This document shows positions 39,484-49,787 of a DNA stretch of 64,000 bases, piece after piece. The number at the start of each line of letters is the position of its first letter. The stretch's first letter is position 1. The position numbers and the translations under genes were made by a program. The notes under the pieces were generated by a model. The model saw nothing but the letters and a program-made list of their open reading frames with translations. It made no database searches and had not been told where the DNA came from. The stretch covers positions 404,093 through 468,092 of the forward strand of contig JBMOMC010000001.1 in the NCBI GenBank assembly GCA_049325335.1, read 5' to 3'. The stretch is from Nitrospirota bacterium (GTDB lineage Bacteria > Nitrospirota > Nitrospiria > 2-01-FULL-66-17).

Positions 39484-42339
39484 ATGAGCGCCGCCGAACC
39501 AGGTCAACCCGCACCCGATCAGCACGCGCCGCACCGTGACTCCACGGCCCGTCCCCGGCAAGGCTCTGCGCGGTCGTTTCTCCCATGGCACTGGCTCTAT
39601 TTTGCGCTGGCAGGGTTTGATCTACTCACGGTCGTCTTCGGACTGTATCTGAGCCATCGTGTCACGCGGATCTACACCGACTCCATCGCCGTGAATCAAC
39701 AGTGGGCCCGGCGCCTCGGGCAATACGACCACCTGCGTCAACTCGCCAGCAGCGTGAACGCTCCTGGTAACGACGTGTTCGACTCCCACAACGTGGTGGC
39801 TGAACGGGCGATGATGCACAACCGCCGCACGCGGTTTGACGCCGACCTCGCCGCGCTCCGAGCCGATCTGAGCACGGACGGCACGCAGGACGCGGCCGCG
39901 TTGCGCAAAGACTTGGACATCATCGACCACACCATGGGTACGATGACCGCGGAAGCCGAGGGCGTGTTTTCGCTGTTCGAGCGCGGCCAAGCCGAGCAGG
40001 CCGGCGAGCACATGGCCACCATGGACCGAAAATACGCGGTGGTCCAACGGGCATTCAGCCACCTGGCCGAGGACGTGGGCGCGATCCAAGCCGCCAATTT
40101 CCAACGGCAGATCCGGGCCGCCGCAACCGTGCAGCGACTCGAATGGTTAATCGGCGGGTTTGTGCTGATCATGGTCGTCGGCGCCACCGTGTACGGCCAC
40201 TTTCTGATCAAACACGCCGCGATTACGGCCCGTCAACGCGAGCTGGATGCGCGCGTGCGCGCGGAGCTTGAGAGCGAACAGCGATTCCGAGCCCTGATCG
40301 AAGACGGCAACGACGTGATTCTCCTGCTCGACCGTGCCCTCGCGGTTCGGTACGCCAGCCCGTCGTTCGCGCGCGTGTTGGGCCACGACAGCCGCGTCGC
40401 GATCGGGGAACCGGTGAGCGTCTTCCTGCACGGAGACGACGCATTGACCGTGTCCACGCGCTGCACCCGCGCGCTCGAGCAATCGGAAACCGGGTTCTCC
40501 CTTGTCTGTCGCATGCGGCGCGCGGACGGCGAGTGGCTGGTCATGGAAGTGGCGGGGCACGCCTCGGACGGCGCCTCGGTGATCCTCACCGCGCGCGACG
40601 TGACCGAGCGCAATCGCGCGGAACGGGCGCTGGCCACGTCCGAGCACCGATACCGTGAGTTGGTGCAGAGTATCCACGAGTTACTCGCGGAACTCGCGCC
40701 CGACGGCACGATCCGTTTCGTGAACGCCACGTTTTGCACGGTCACGGGATTCTCCGAGTCCGAATTGACGGGCGCCAACTGGTTCGACTTCCTGCACCCC
40801 CAGGACCGCGCCGCCAGCCGGCAGCCCTACGAATGGCTGCGGAGTGAACGCCGGCCGATTCGCCACTTGGAACAGCGTCTCCGCACGCGTGGCGGCGCGT
40901 ATCTGGTCATCTCCACCAACTGCGACCCGGTGGCCGACGCGGCCGGACAGATCACCGCGATGGCGCAGGTCTCGTTTGATTTGACCGCGGTGCGCGAAGC
41001 CGAAGACACGATCCGTCGGCTCGCGTATTACGACATCATCACCTCCCTCCCGAATCGCACGCTGTTGCATGACCGGCTGATCCAACAGGTCTCCGTCCAC
41101 CAACAGCTCGGCAAACCCCTAGCCCTGTTGTTGATCAAAGTGGAACACCTCAAAGACATCAACAATACCTTAGGGTACCGACACGGGGATTGGTTGCTGG
41201 AACAACTTGCCGGTCGACTCACCGCGCTGGCGCGCGAGTCCGACGTGGTGGGACGACTGGGCGGAGCGGACTTTGCGATGGTGTTGCCGGGCACGGATTT
41301 GGAGGGCGCGCTCCGCATGAGCGAGACGGTTCAGGAGTCGCTGGCGTCGCCCCTCGCGCTGGAGCAGCTCTCGTTGACCGTGAGCGCCAGCGTCGGCGTG
41401 GCCATGTTTCCCGATCACGCGGCCTCCGCGGACACCTTGCTCCAGCGGGCGCACGTGGCCGTGGAGACCGCGAAACGCTCGCACAACAAACGCGGTGTGT
41501 ACTCCCCCACCCAAGACGCATACAAGCCCAGGCGGTTGGCGCTGGCGAGCGAATTGCGGTACGCGATCGACCACAACGAACTCACCCTGTTTTATCAACC
41601 TAAGGTCGCGCTTGCCCACCGGACCGTCGTCGGCGTCGAAGCGCTGGTGCGGTGGCGCCATCCGCAGCGAGGCCTGATCCCGCCCGACGAGTTTATCCCG
41701 TTGGCCGAACACGGCGGCCTCATCAAGCCGCTGACCCACTGGGTGCTGGCGGCGGCCCGCGAGCAGGCAACGCGCTGGCACGCGGCAGGGTATCGGTTCG
41801 CCGTGGCGGTGAACCTCTCCGCCCGCACGCTCCACGACCCCTCGCTGCCGCTCTACGTAGAATCCCTCCTGATGCCGACCACGGGGCCGTCGTGGCTGGA
41901 ACTGGAGGTGACGGAAAGCACGATCATGGCGGACCCGTCCGGCGCCCTCAATGTCTTGCAAGCCCTCCACGCGTTGAACATTCCCCTCGCCATCGATGAT
42001 TTCGGCACCGGGTACTCCTCGCTGGCGTATCTGCAGCGGCTCCCGGTCAGCGCGATTAAAATCGATAAATCGTTCGTGAAAGAAATGGCCTCGAACCCCG
42101 GCGACGCCACCATTGTACGGTCCACTATTGACCTCGCCCACAATCTCGGACTGACCGTGATCGCCGAGGGGGTTGAAACCGCGGACGCGTGGAACCAACT
42201 CGCCGCCCTGCGCTGCGACACGGCCCAAGGGTATTTTCTCAGTCGGCCGGTGCCCGCGAATGAGCTCGACGCGTGGTTCCGCGGGTCGGGGTGGCGCGTG
42301 GACCGCGATGAGGAGCCGCCGCTGGCTCAGGCCGCGTAA
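39484..42339 (+). CDS. Membrane c-di-GMP phosphodiesterase (TM-helical sensor-TM-PAS-PAS-degenerate GGDEF-EAL)
   Basis: GGADF in place of GGDEF, RESD I-site, EALVRW, DDFGTGYSSL, IKIDKSF, AEGVE. Confidence 0.93.
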   Translation: MSAAEPGQPAPDQHAPHRDSTARPRQGSARSFLPWHWLYFALAGFDLLTVVFGLYLSHRVTRIYTDSIAVNQQWARRLGQYDHLRQLASSVNAPGNDVFDSHNVVAERAMMHNRRTRFDADLAALRADLSTDGTQDAAALRKDLDIIDHTMGTMTAEAEGVFSLFERGQAEQAGEHMATMDRKYAVVQRAFSHLAEDVGAIQAANFQRQIRAAATVQRLEWLIGGFVLIMVVGATVYGHFLIKHAAITARQRELDARVRAELESEQRFRALIEDGNDVILLLDRALAVRYASPSFARVLGHDSRVAIGEPVSVFLHGDDALTVSTRCTRALEQSETGFSLVCRMRRADGEWLVMEVAGHASDGASVILTARDVTERNRAERALATSEHRYRELVQSIHELLAELAPDGTIRFVNATFCTVTGFSESELTGANWFDFLHPQDRAASRQPYEWLRSERRPIRHLEQRLRTRGGAYLVISTNCDPVADAAGQITAMAQVSFDLTAVREAEDTIRRLAYYDIITSLPNRTLLHDRLIQQVSVHQQLGKPLALLLIKVEHLKDINNTLGYRHGDWLLEQLAGRLTALARESDVVGRLGGADFAMVLPGTDLEGALRMSETVQESLASPLALEQLSLTVSASVGVAMFPDHAASADTLLQRAHVAVETAKRSHNKRGVYSPTQDAYKPRRLALASELRYAIDHNELTLFYQPKVALAHRTVVGVEALVRWRHPQRGLIPPDEFIPLAEHGGLIKPLTHWVLAAAREQATRWHAAGYRFAVAVNLSARTLHDPSLPLYVESLLMPTTGPSWLELEVTESTIMADPSGALNVLQALHALNIPLAIDDFGTGYSSLAYLQRLPVSAIKIDKSFVKEMASNPGDATIVRSTIDLAHNLGLTVIAEGVETADAWNQLAALRCDTAQGYFLSRPVPANELDAWFRGSGWRVDRDEEPPLAQAA

Positions 42340-42382
42340 CCCGAGGGTTCCATACCGCCACGGGTCCGCTGAGGCTGTTCGC

Positions 42383-42901
42383 CTACCGCAACACCTCCTC
42401 GGCGATCCGCAGATACTCGGCATGATCGCGCTCGGAAAAACAGCAGAAGACCACCTGCTGCAGACGGTCATCAGCCTCCAGAAACCCTCGGACCACTCCC
42501 TGCGCGATCCGCGTCGCCTCATCCAGCGGATACCGATACACGCCGGTTGAGATGGCGGGAAACGCGACGGTTCGCAGCCCGCGCGAGGCCGCCAGCGTCA
42601 GGCTGTTGCGGTAACAAGCCGCGAGCCGCTCGGGTTCGCTGCGAGCGCCGCCGTACCACACGGGCCCGACCGTGTGGATGACGTGCTGGGCGGGCAGCCG
42701 GTACCCCTTGGTGATCTTGGCTTCGCCGGTCTTGGCCCCGCCCAAGGTCCGGCACTCGGCCAGCAACTCGGGCCCCGCCGCGCGATGGATCGCCCCGTCC
42801 ACCCCGCCTCCGCCCAGGAGCGACTCGTTCGCGGCGTTGACAACGGCGTCCACCGCCAGCGTGGTGATGTCTCCTTGGACGAGACGAATTCGGCCGTTCA
42901 A
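42383..42901 (-). CDS. Macrodomain O-acetyl-ADP-ribose deacetylase (YmdB-like; start approximate)
   Basis: [43 protein letters not shown]. Confidence 0.95.
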   Translation of the reverse strand: MNGRIRLVQGDITTLAVDAVVNAANESLLGGGGVDGAIHRAAGPELLAECRTLGGAKTGEAKITKGYRLPAQHVIHTVGPVWYGGARSEPERLAACYRNSLTLAASRGLRTVAFPAISTGVYRYPLDEATRIAQGVVRGFLEADDRLQQVVFCCFSERDHAEYLRIAEEVLR

Positions 42902-43080
42902 ATACAGCAGGGGACTCCTCCGGTGATCGGCCCTCCGGCGGCCCACGCCGGGCACGGATCAGGGTTTGACAGGTCTCGCCGCTGACGGTACGTTCAATTA
43001 CCACGCGGGCGATTCTTCCCGCAACCACGGAACGATTTCGGGAATCGGACATTAGAGTCGATCTTCGCATCCGAGGTGTA

Positions 43081-45363
43081 TTGCTCGTCACGGGCGCATC
43101 GTTGCTCGCCGTTTTCACGGCACGCGTGGCCGACTTGTCGCGCGGCGCGGCGGTCGCCATGGCCGGCGCGCTCGCGGTCGTCGGCATCGTGTGGTTCGTG
43201 CTCCACCCACTCCGGCGTGCGGACCGCGGCCGCTCGCCCGGCAAGCCCCGTCTCGAGGAGGCCCTGCAGGCGCTCCGCGCCAACGAACAGAGGCTCGCGG
43301 AATCCCAACGCCTCGCACATCTGGGTAGTTGGGAGTTGAACCTCGCTGAAAATACCCTGTGGTGGTCCGACGAAGTGTATCGGATCTTTGAAATCGATCC
43401 CAGCCGGTTCGCGGCGTCGTACGAAGCGTTCCTCGAAGTGGTCCACCCCGATGACCGAGAATCCGTCCATCGCGCGTACCAGGAATCGATCAACAATCGA
43501 ACCCCCTACAACCTCGTGCACCGCCTCCTAATGCAGGACGGACGGATCAAGTTCGTGCACGAATGTTGTGAAACCGAGTACCGCCCCGACGGCGCCCCGG
43601 TGCGATCCATCGGCACGGTTCTAGACGTCACCGAACGCCGGCACGCCGACCACGCATTGCGGGTTTCCGAAGAACGGTATCGCGGCCTCATCGAAAATTT
43701 GCCGGAATTTCTCATCGACGTGGCGCCGGACGGGGTCATCCGCGCCGCGAATCGCGCGTTCTGCGCGGCGACCGGATTTTCCGCAGCCGAGTTGACGGGC
43801 ATGAACGTGTTCGCGTTGGTGCACCCGGACGACGTCCCTACGGCGCATCGGCACTACGACGGGCTGCTCCGCGGGCTCGCGCCGATCCGCCGCTGGGAAC
43901 ACCGTTTGCGCAAGAAAGACGGCGGCTTTGTGTACGTCTCCACCAACGGCGACCCGGTGGTCGATCAGACCGGCGCGCTCGCGTCGATCACCTTGGTGTC
44001 GTTCGATCTGACCACGCACCGGGACGCGGAAGCCACCATCCGGCGACTCGCGTACTATGACACCCTGACCGGATTACCCAATCGCACGACGTTGCTCGAA
44101 CGCGTGACGCACGAGATCGAACGGCACGAAGACGCCCGGCAAACCTTCGCGCTTGCCGTCATGAACATCGATCAATTCAAGGAGATCAACAACACGTTGG
44201 GCCACGAACACGGCGACCTGTTGCTGCAGCAACTGGCCACCCGACTCATCGGCATGTTGCGCGAGTCTGACCTGGTGGCGCGGGTGGGCGACCATCAGTT
44301 CGCGCTGTTGCTCCCGGACACGGAGCTGGAGGGCGCGCTCCGCGTCGGAGACAAGGTATACGACGCGCTCGTCACGCCCTTTTCGGTGGGCACCCTCTCC
44401 ATTATGGTGCAAGCGAGTCTCGGCCTGGCCCTGTGTCCGGACCACGCCACCACGGCCGAGACCTTGATCCAACGTGCGTACGTAGCCATGGACACGGCCA
44501 AACGCAGCCGCAGCGGACGCGTCGTGTATTCGCCGGAGCGCGACCATTTTCGACCGCGTCGCTTGGCGCTGATGAGCGAGCTGCGCTACGCGATCGACCA
44601 CAACGAGTTGACGTTGTTTTTTCAACCCCGCGTGGTTATGCAGACGCGACGCGTCACCGGGGTGGAAGCCTTGGTGCGGTGGCGACACCCGCAACGCGGC
44701 ATCATCACCCCGGACGAATTCATCCCATTGGCCGAACACAGCGGGCTGATCAAACCGCTGACCCAATGGGTGTTGACCGCCGCGCGCGACCAAGCCCTCC
44801 GGTGGCGTCACGACGGGTACGGCTTGACGGTCGCGGTGAACCTTTCTGCGCGCACCCTCCACGATCCCTCCCTGCCGGTGTTTATCCGGACCCTGTTGAC
44901 GGAGGACGCGCACCCGTGGATGGAATTGGAAATCACCGAGAGCACGATCATGGCGGACCCGGTCGGCGCGCTGGACGTGCTCACGCAGCTCAACGAGTTG
45001 AAGATTCCCCTCGCCATCGACGATTTCGGCACGGGCTACTCCTCGCTCGCGTACCTGCAAAAACTTCCGGTGGCGACCATCAAGATCGATAAGTCCTTCG
45101 TCAAGAACATGGCCACGAACGCCGGCGACGCCGTGATCGTACGGTCTACGATCGACCTCGCGCACAACCTCGGCCTGGCCGTGGTCGCCGAAGGCGTGGA
45201 GACCGCGGACACGTGGACGCGGTTGGCGGAGCTGGGGTGCGATTCGGTCCAGGGCTACCACCTGTGCAAACCGCTCCCGGCCGTCGACCTGACCGCCTGG
45301 CTGAGCACGTCGGGGTGGACGACCGGCCGCGCCGACGATGACCGGTGCGGCCGCGCCGCTTAA
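43081..45363 (+). CDS. c-di-GMP phosphodiesterase (TM-PAS-PAS-degenerate GGDEF-EAL), paralogue of 39484-42339 (start uncertain)
   Basis: GSWELN..WSDEVYRIF PAS, GDHQF in place of GGDEF, RESD, EALVRW, DDFGTGYSSL. Confidence 0.93.
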   Translation: MLVTGASLLAVFTARVADLSRGAAVAMAGALAVVGIVWFVLHPLRRADRGRSPGKPRLEEALQALRANEQRLAESQRLAHLGSWELNLAENTLWWSDEVYRIFEIDPSRFAASYEAFLEVVHPDDRESVHRAYQESINNRTPYNLVHRLLMQDGRIKFVHECCETEYRPDGAPVRSIGTVLDVTERRHADHALRVSEERYRGLIENLPEFLIDVAPDGVIRAANRAFCAATGFSAAELTGMNVFALVHPDDVPTAHRHYDGLLRGLAPIRRWEHRLRKKDGGFVYVSTNGDPVVDQTGALASITLVSFDLTTHRDAEATIRRLAYYDTLTGLPNRTTLLERVTHEIERHEDARQTFALAVMNIDQFKEINNTLGHEHGDLLLQQLATRLIGMLRESDLVARVGDHQFALLLPDTELEGALRVGDKVYDALVTPFSVGTLSIMVQASLGLALCPDHATTAETLIQRAYVAMDTAKRSRSGRVVYSPERDHFRPRRLALMSELRYAIDHNELTLFFQPRVVMQTRRVTGVEALVRWRHPQRGIITPDEFIPLAEHSGLIKPLTQWVLTAARDQALRWRHDGYGLTVAVNLSARTLHDPSLPVFIRTLLTEDAHPWMELEITESTIMADPVGALDVLTQLNELKIPLAIDDFGTGYSSLAYLQKLPVATIKIDKSFVKNMATNAGDAVIVRSTIDLAHNLGLAVVAEGVETADTWTRLAELGCDSVQGYHLCKPLPAVDLTAWLSTSGWTTGRADDDRCGRAA

Positions 45364-47933
45364 CGCGTCCGCAGCCAGCGCGACAACGGAGCGGTCTGCG
45401 TCGCTTTGAACGCCACGCCCACGTCGATGAATTCCACGGTTTGCTCGAGCGCAGTGGCCGCAGAGTCCACGCGGTGTTCGGGGCGATGAAAAAACGTCGC
45501 GACCTCGTCGCGCCACGTTGATCGCCACAGTCCGCGGGTCGCCTGAATGACGCGGCTCGCGCCGACCGAGCCGACCTTCTCTCGCAGCAGGCCCCAATGG
45601 GTTTTCACGAAGTCCCACGCCAGGTCCTGAACGTCGGGATTTTCCAACAGCGGACGAAACGGTTTCCACGCGTCCTGACCGCGCACGGCATCCGTGCCCA
45701 CGAGTTCCAACAGCCGCCGGATCAAGCCCCGATCGGGAAACTCCGCGAGCGCGACCAAGAACCGATCCCGCTCTTCGGGGCTGCGCGCCGCGCGCAAGCG
45801 CGCAACGTACGCGTCAAACCGCGCGGCATCGCCCAGCCGCGCGCCCAACCGCAACACGCCGGAGACCAACGTGGGGTCCAGCGACGACGGGTCCGCCAAA
45901 TACGCATCCACCCGCTGGTTCGCCTCGCGACACACCCGGTGATCCCCGGCCACCGCGGCAGTGAGCCAGAGCGCCGCGGCGCGGGTCAACCGCGCCTCGT
46001 CGTCCTCGGCCGCGCGGGCCTCCCACCCCAAACGGTCCCAGAGCGGCGCGACCCACTCCCCGACCGTTCGCGCGAACAACGGCCGGTCATCGCGCGCCAC
46101 GACCCGCGTCAGCAACACGTCCAGGTATCCGGCGAGCGACTCCACCAGCACGCGCGTGGCGTCGCCGCGACACGCGGGTAGGATGTCCAGAAACGCGGCG
46201 ATCGACGCCTCGCCGGATTCCGCCGCGGCCCAGGCGTGGTTGAGCAACCCCACGCGTTCGGCGGCGTCCAACCGCGCCCAGCCCGACGCCAGCAACGCAG
46301 CGTGCAAAGCGGGATCATGCGTCACGCGGTAAAACCCGGACTCCATCCCGTTGCCGTACACCCACGCAACTTCGCCGTGGGCCGGCAAGGTCACGCGCGC
46401 CCGGTCTCGGTCGAGCACGACGCGATGCGCGTGAATCCCGCTCGCGTCTTGGTACCGGATCACGACCGGAATCCGCCATTGTTCCGTCGCGTGCCGGAGA
46501 CGGCCGTGCGCGGACCAGCGCCGCTGCGTCAACTCCAGCGTGCGCCGATCGGACCCGACGGTCTCCACGTGGACCACCGGGTACCCGGCCTGCGTCAGCC
46601 AATCACGGGCCAGATCGCCCACCGGACGGCCCGACGCGGCTTCGAGCGCGCGCCACAGATCCACCGCGACGGTATTGCCGAACTGGTGGCGCTTCATGTA
46701 CGCGCGGATGCCCTCGCGAAACTCCTCCGGCCCCAGACACTGCTCGAACATCCGCAACACCGCCGCGCCCTTCTCGTACGTCAGCGGGTCGAACATGGCC
46801 TCGATCTGCGCCGGGGTGTCCGCGCCCGCGACGATCGGGCGGGTGCTGTCCAGCGCGTCCAGCGCCAACGGCACGTGTTTTTCGAGCTCAAACTCCTCCC
46901 ACGAGCGCCACGCGGGCCGCCACTGATCCACAATCTTGCACGCCAGCCAGGTCGCGAACGCCTCGTTGAGCCACAAATCGTCCCACCAGCGCATGGTCAC
47001 CAAGTTACCGAACCACTGGTGCACGATCTCGTGGACGATCACGTTGGCCACTACCCGCTGCGTGGCGGTGGACGCGCGGGCGGGATCGACCAGCAGCCGC
47101 GAATCCCGGAAAAAGATCGCGCCCCAGTTCTCCATCGCGCCCATCGCGAAGTCCGGGACCGCGATCAAGTCTAATTTGGGATAGGGATACGGGAGGCCGA
47201 AGTAGTCGTTGAGCAGCGGCAACGTCGCGGCGGTCACGTCCAGCGCAAAGTCCGCGAGCGCCAGATCGTCCGGCAACGCCCACACCGCCACGTCGGTGCC
47301 CGCAACGCTCCGGCGCTTGGACGCCAACCGGCCCACCGCCACCGCGAGCAAATACGTGGACATCACCGGGGTCTCGGCAAACCGGACCGTCTTGCGCACG
47401 CCCTCGCGGGTCTCGGACAACGCGGGCATGTTGGAGAGCACGGTCAAACGGGCCGGCGCCGTGACCTGCACGCGGAACGCGGCTTTGAACGCGGGCTCGT
47501 CAAAACACGGGAAACACCGACGCGCGTCCGCGGGTTCGAACTGCGTGAACGCGTAACGCTCCTCCACCCCGTCCACCACGGCCCTGGCCTCGTACAACCC
47601 CTTCATCTGGCGATTGAGCGAGCCCGAGAAGGTCAATTCCAGAGCGGCTTGTCCAGCAGGGAGCGTGCCGGAAGACGTGAGCGTGAGACGGGTGGCTTCC
47701 GCGTCAAGCGTGGCGGTCAGCGGACGCCGACGTTCGCCCGCGACTAGCGCGGCATCGGACACGACGAGATCCTGCGCGTGCAGCGCGATCTCACGCGTCG
47801 GCGACTGGACGCGGACGGCAATGCACACGCGCCCGGAGAACCGTCCCTCCTCGGGCCGCACATCCAACGCCAGATCATAGGCCTCGGGCGTCACCGTCTC
47901 CGGTAACCGCCCCGCCGGCCGCTCAGTGCTCAC
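45360..47933 (-). CDS. M1 family aminopeptidase with ERAP1-like C-terminal domain
   Basis: TQFEPADARRCFPCFDEP, GAMENWG, HEIVH-x18-E (WLNEAFA), YEKG. Confidence 0.96.
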   Translation of the reverse strand: MSTERPAGRLPETVTPEAYDLALDVRPEEGRFSGRVCIAVRVQSPTREIALHAQDLVVSDAALVAGERRRPLTATLDAEATRLTLTSSGTLPAGQAALELTFSGSLNRQMKGLYEARAVVDGVEERYAFTQFEPADARRCFPCFDEPAFKAAFRVQVTAPARLTVLSNMPALSETREGVRKTVRFAETPVMSTYLLAVAVGRLASKRRSVAGTDVAVWALPDDLALADFALDVTAATLPLLNDYFGLPYPYPKLDLIAVPDFAMGAMENWGAIFFRDSRLLVDPARASTATQRVVANVIVHEIVHQWFGNLVTMRWWDDLWLNEAFATWLACKIVDQWRPAWRSWEEFELEKHVPLALDALDSTRPIVAGADTPAQIEAMFDPLTYEKGAAVLRMFEQCLGPEEFREGIRAYMKRHQFGNTVAVDLWRALEAASGRPVGDLARDWLTQAGYPVVHVETVGSDRRTLELTQRRWSAHGRLRHATEQWRIPVVIRYQDASGIHAHRVVLDRDRARVTLPAHGEVAWVYGNGMESGFYRVTHDPALHAALLASGWARLDAAERVGLLNHAWAAAESGEASIAAFLDILPACRGDATRVLVESLAGYLDVLLTRVVARDDRPLFARTVGEWVAPLWDRLGWEARAAEDDEARLTRAAALWLTAAVAGDHRVCREANQRVDAYLADPSSLDPTLVSGVLRLGARLGDAARFDAYVARLRAARSPEERDRFLVALAEFPDRGLIRRLLELVGTDAVRGQDAWKPFRPLLENPDVQDLAWDFVKTHWGLLREKVGSVGASRVIQATRGLWRSTWRDEVATFFHRPEHRVDSAATALEQTVEFIDVGVAFKATQTAPLSRWLRTR

Positions 47934-48113
47934 GCCGTCTGTCCCTCAACAACCGGCGCATTATCGCAAAAGCGTGTGCCGCGGGCAAACCATGTTGCGG
48001 CGCGCTCGGCAATCGCGCTTGATTCCCCCCGCTGCGGGGGCGTAGGATGGTTCGCTGCGAGCCCTAATGCTCGCTCGTCTCCCGCTCTATGCGGCGTCAC
48101 CCGGAGGTAACCC

Positions 48114-49697
48114 ATGGCGCAATGCCTCGGTGAACTCTTGTGCGCGCAAGCCCGCCTGACCCCGCAAGCGCTCAGTCGCGGCTTGGAGGAACAACGCCGG
48201 AACGGCGGCCTGTTGGGCGAGCAGCTCGTCGCTCTCAAATTGATCGAGCCCGCCGCGCTCGCCACCGCCTTGGCGCACCAGGCGGAACTCCAACGCGTTG
48301 AGTACGAACAGGTCATCCCGCACTTGGCCGCGGATGCGGCGCGCGGACGGCCCGCCGAAAGCGCCGCCCCGCCGCCGTTGGTGCGCCTAGTCGATGCGTT
48401 GATCGCCTACGGCGTGGTCCGCCAAGCCAGCGACCTCCACGTGGAACCGACGGTCGAGACCACCCTGGTACGGTATCGCGTCCACGGCCTGCTCACGTCC
48501 GCGTTCAAATTACCCAAGGGGCTCCACCCCGCGCTCGTATCGCGGGTGAAAATTCTCGCCTCGCTCGATATCGCGGAGCGTCGGCTCCCGCAAGACGGCG
48601 CGGTGCGAGGCCGCCACGCCGGGCACGCCGTGGACTTGCGGATTTCCTCATTGCCGAGCCAGCACGGGGAAAACGTGGTGATCCGCATCCTCGATCATTC
48701 CCGGCAACTGTTGAGTCTCGGCGCCTTGGGGCTGACCGCCCGCGAGGAGGACGCGGTTCAGGCCATTCTCGCGCGGCGCAAGGGCATTATCCTGGTCACG
48801 GGTCCGACCGGCAGCGGCAAAACCACCACGTTGTACGCCATGCTCAACGCGATTCGAGACGGCGCCACGAATATCGTGACGGTCGAAGATCCCATCGAGT
48901 ACTCGATTCCCGGCGTCAACCAGGTCCAGGTGCACGTGGACAGCGGCATGACCTTTGCGCGGGCCTTACGCGCCATCCTGCGCCAGGACCCCGACGTGCT
49001 CTTGATCGGCGAAATCCGCGACAACGAAACCGCGGAGATCGCGTACCGCGCGGCCATGACCGGGCACCTCGTGTTGTCCACGCTGCACACCAACGACGCA
49101 CCGGGGACCATCGCGCGCCTGACCGACCTCGGCGTGCCGCGGTTCCTGGTGGCCGCGCACACCGCGGGGATTCTGGCCCAACGGTTGGTCCGGACGCTGT
49201 GTCTCGAGTGCCGCATTCAAGGACGGCCCTCCCTTGCCCACGCCCTGCACCTGGGCTTGCCTGCTGTCGCGGCCGACGACGCGACCTGGTGGCTGCCCCA
49301 AGGGTGCGACGCGTGCGGCGGAAGCGGCTATCGCGGACGGCTCAGCCTGTTCGAATCATTGCTCCCGTCGCGCGAACTGCGCGAACACATCGCGGCCGGC
49401 GCGCACGAAGACGCCCTGCGCGCCACCGCGCTGCGGTCCGGGATGATCTCGTTGCTGTCCGCGGGGTTGGCCAAGGCCCGCGACGGGCACACGTCGTTGG
49501 AGGAGTTGGGACGCGTGTTGGAGCCGGAGGACGCCGCGTCGCCGGTGTGCGAGGCGTGCGGGAAAATCAGACCAGGGCCGACACGGTACTGCCCGTTCTG
49601 CGGGACCCAAGCCCGCGGGTCGTGCGCCGGATGCGGGACGGCGCTGGCGCCGACATGGACACACTGCGCGTCCTGTGGAGCGGCTCGTTCTTCGTAG
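48114..49697 (+). CDS. Orphan GspE/PilB-family ATPase with degenerate MshEN N-terminus and C-terminal double zinc ribbon
   Basis: LGELL...LEEQ-x5-LLGEQL...LAHQ; ASDLHVEP; GPTGSGKTT; LRQDPD; CxxC pairs; C-terminal CEAC/CPFC/CAGC/CASC. Confidence 0.92.
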   Translation: MAQCLGELLCAQARLTPQALSRGLEEQRRNGGLLGEQLVALKLIEPAALATALAHQAELQRVEYEQVIPHLAADAARGRPAESAAPPPLVRLVDALIAYGVVRQASDLHVEPTVETTLVRYRVHGLLTSAFKLPKGLHPALVSRVKILASLDIAERRLPQDGAVRGRHAGHAVDLRISSLPSQHGENVVIRILDHSRQLLSLGALGLTAREEDAVQAILARRKGIILVTGPTGSGKTTTLYAMLNAIRDGATNIVTVEDPIEYSIPGVNQVQVHVDSGMTFARALRAILRQDPDVLLIGEIRDNETAEIAYRAAMTGHLVLSTLHTNDAPGTIARLTDLGVPRFLVAAHTAGILAQRLVRTLCLECRIQGRPSLAHALHLGLPAVAADDATWWLPQGCDACGGSGYRGRLSLFESLLPSRELREHIAAGAHEDALRATALRSGMISLLSAGLAKARDGHTSLEELGRVLEPEDAASPVCEACGKIRPGPTRYCPFCGTQARGSCAGCGTALAPTWTHCASCGAARSS

Positions 49698-49728
49698 CCC
49701 GGTTTTTGTCCCGGCGATACCAAAAGGC

Positions 49729-49751
49729 GGGCGTACGCAGTACGCCCCTAC
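49729..49751 (-). repeat. GTAG-type REP palindrome
   Basis: Minus strand GTAG-GGGCGTAC-tgc-GTACGCCC, between the convergent PilB-like gene and thiL. Confidence 0.75.
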
Positions 49752-49787
49752 GAAAAAATCCGGAGCCCGTCGGATGGCGCCCCGGTG

